DNA from: an uncultured Candidatus Saccharibacteria bacterium
Lineage (GTDB): Bacteria > Patescibacteriota > Minisyncoccia > Phycocordibacterales > DATGWK01
Direction of reading: 5' to 3'
NCBI GenBank assembly: GCA_964428845.1
Contig: CAYRZH010000002.1
Span: forward strand, 6,924 to 70,923
DNA length: 64,000 bases
Of the stretch, positions 63,430 to 64,000 are shown piece after piece. The notes under the pieces are model-generated. The model was not told where the DNA came from. It ran no database searches and saw nothing but the letters and a program-made list of their open reading frames with translations. Within the stretch, counting starts at the first letter, position 1; every line of letters begins with the position of its first letter. The translations under genes were made by a program, and so were the position numbers.

Positions 63430-64000
63430 TTAAGTTTTTTGCCTAGTGTAGCGCGAAATATTCAAGACAATTCCAACCTCGGCCAAGGTGATAAGCATGG
63501 CTGATCCGCCGTGACTCACAAAAAGCAAAGGTATACCTGATAGTGGAAGAACTCCAAGCATTGCTCCCATATTGACAAATGATTGAGTCAAAATCAGTAT
63601 AACAATTCCCAAAGCCAAAAGTCCACCAAAACTATCTGGGGCTCGAGTAACTATTTTGAAGCCACGGAAGGCGAAAAATATGTACATACATATGAGACCA
63701 ATTCCACCCACAAATCCAAACTCTTCTGCCATAACCGCAAAGATTGAATCCCCGATCGGTTCTGGTAGAAAATTAAACTTCTGTATACTTTGCCCAAAAC
63801 CTCTACCCAAAACTCCGCCAGACCCTATGGCGATAAGAGATTGCTGGATCTGATAACTCGAACCAAACGAATCCTGCGCCGGGTTTATAAATGTTCTTAG
63901 TCTGTCCTTTATGTAAGGTCGTTCATGAATCACCACGGCGAAGCCGATGAGTGCGATCAGTGCGACAAGTAAAATATGCTTCCATGAAATTCCACCGGCT
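63430..64000 (-). CDS. ftsW: SEDS-family peptidoglycan glycosyltransferase FtsW/RodA, C-terminal part (gene continues beyond the window end)
   Basis: The C-terminal region LPEPIGDSIFAVMAEEFGFVGG is typical of FtsW/RodA; the reading frame is open through position 64000. Confidence 0.75.
   Translation of the reverse strand, partial: AGGISWKHILLVALIALIGFAVVIHERPYIKDRLRTFINPAQDSFGSSYQIQQSLIAIGSGGVLGRGFGQSIQKFNFLPEPIGDSIFAVMAEEFGFVGGIGLICMYIFFAFRGFKIVTRAPDSFGGLLALGIVILILTQSFVNMGAMLGVLPLSGIPLLFVSHGGSAMLITLAEVGIVLNISRYTRQKT

Overview
The window reads as a piece of an AT-rich (about 38-42% GC), gene-dense bacterial chromosome with streamlined, tightly packed or overlapping housekeeping genes, an organisation that recalls small-genome Patescibacteria/CPR-like bacteria (inference only). 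The backbone carries recognisable housekeeping genes: mscL, a thioredoxin/CcdA-DsbD redox pair, fmt-def-priA, murA, two mreB paralogs with mreCD-mrdA, holB, frr, rseP, proS, greA, lysS, a partial dcw cluster (mraZ-rsmH-ftsL-ftsI-murF and, on the other strand, ftsW-murG), gltX, cysS, dnaB, recR, rmuC, rplU, rplI, rpmA, ctpA, a MacAB/DevCBA-like ABC exporter, trhO and a glycoside-hydrolase cluster. Interleaved with this backbone are at least six GC-rich (about 50-60% GC) accessory segments carrying unrecognisable genes. (1) 3.0-5.9 kb: four co-oriented small genes, each with its own promoter and intrinsic terminator, separated by a conserved ~50-bp repeat unit. (2) 18.8-22.6 kb: a tightly coupled 3-gene operon ending in a GHKL/Bergerat-fold ATPase, with a divergent winged-helix-like gene and 30-bp direct repeats at both gene junctions. 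This is the best candidate for a new defence-type system. (3) 29.9-31.1 kb: two paralogous membrane-anchored proteins. (4) 36.4-37.9 kb: a tRNA-Glu-associated islet bounded by 30-bp direct copies of the tRNA 3' end. (5) 39.2-39.9 kb: a convergent GC-rich gene pair. (6) 54.8-55.9 kb: a tyrosine-recombinase-like gene next to a lysozyme-like gene. Other notable elements are a tRNA-Asn(GUU) gene split by a 246-nt group I intron with clear P/Q/R/S core elements, a two-copy MITE-like structured repeat, a 120-bp element with 19-bp perfect terminal inverted repeats, an unassigned ~300-nt GC-rich RNA with its own promoter and terminator, an HTH_XRE-MurA fusion, and an MscL with a C-terminal zinc ribbon. 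All calls rest on reading the sequence and ORF translations by eye; no database searches were run.
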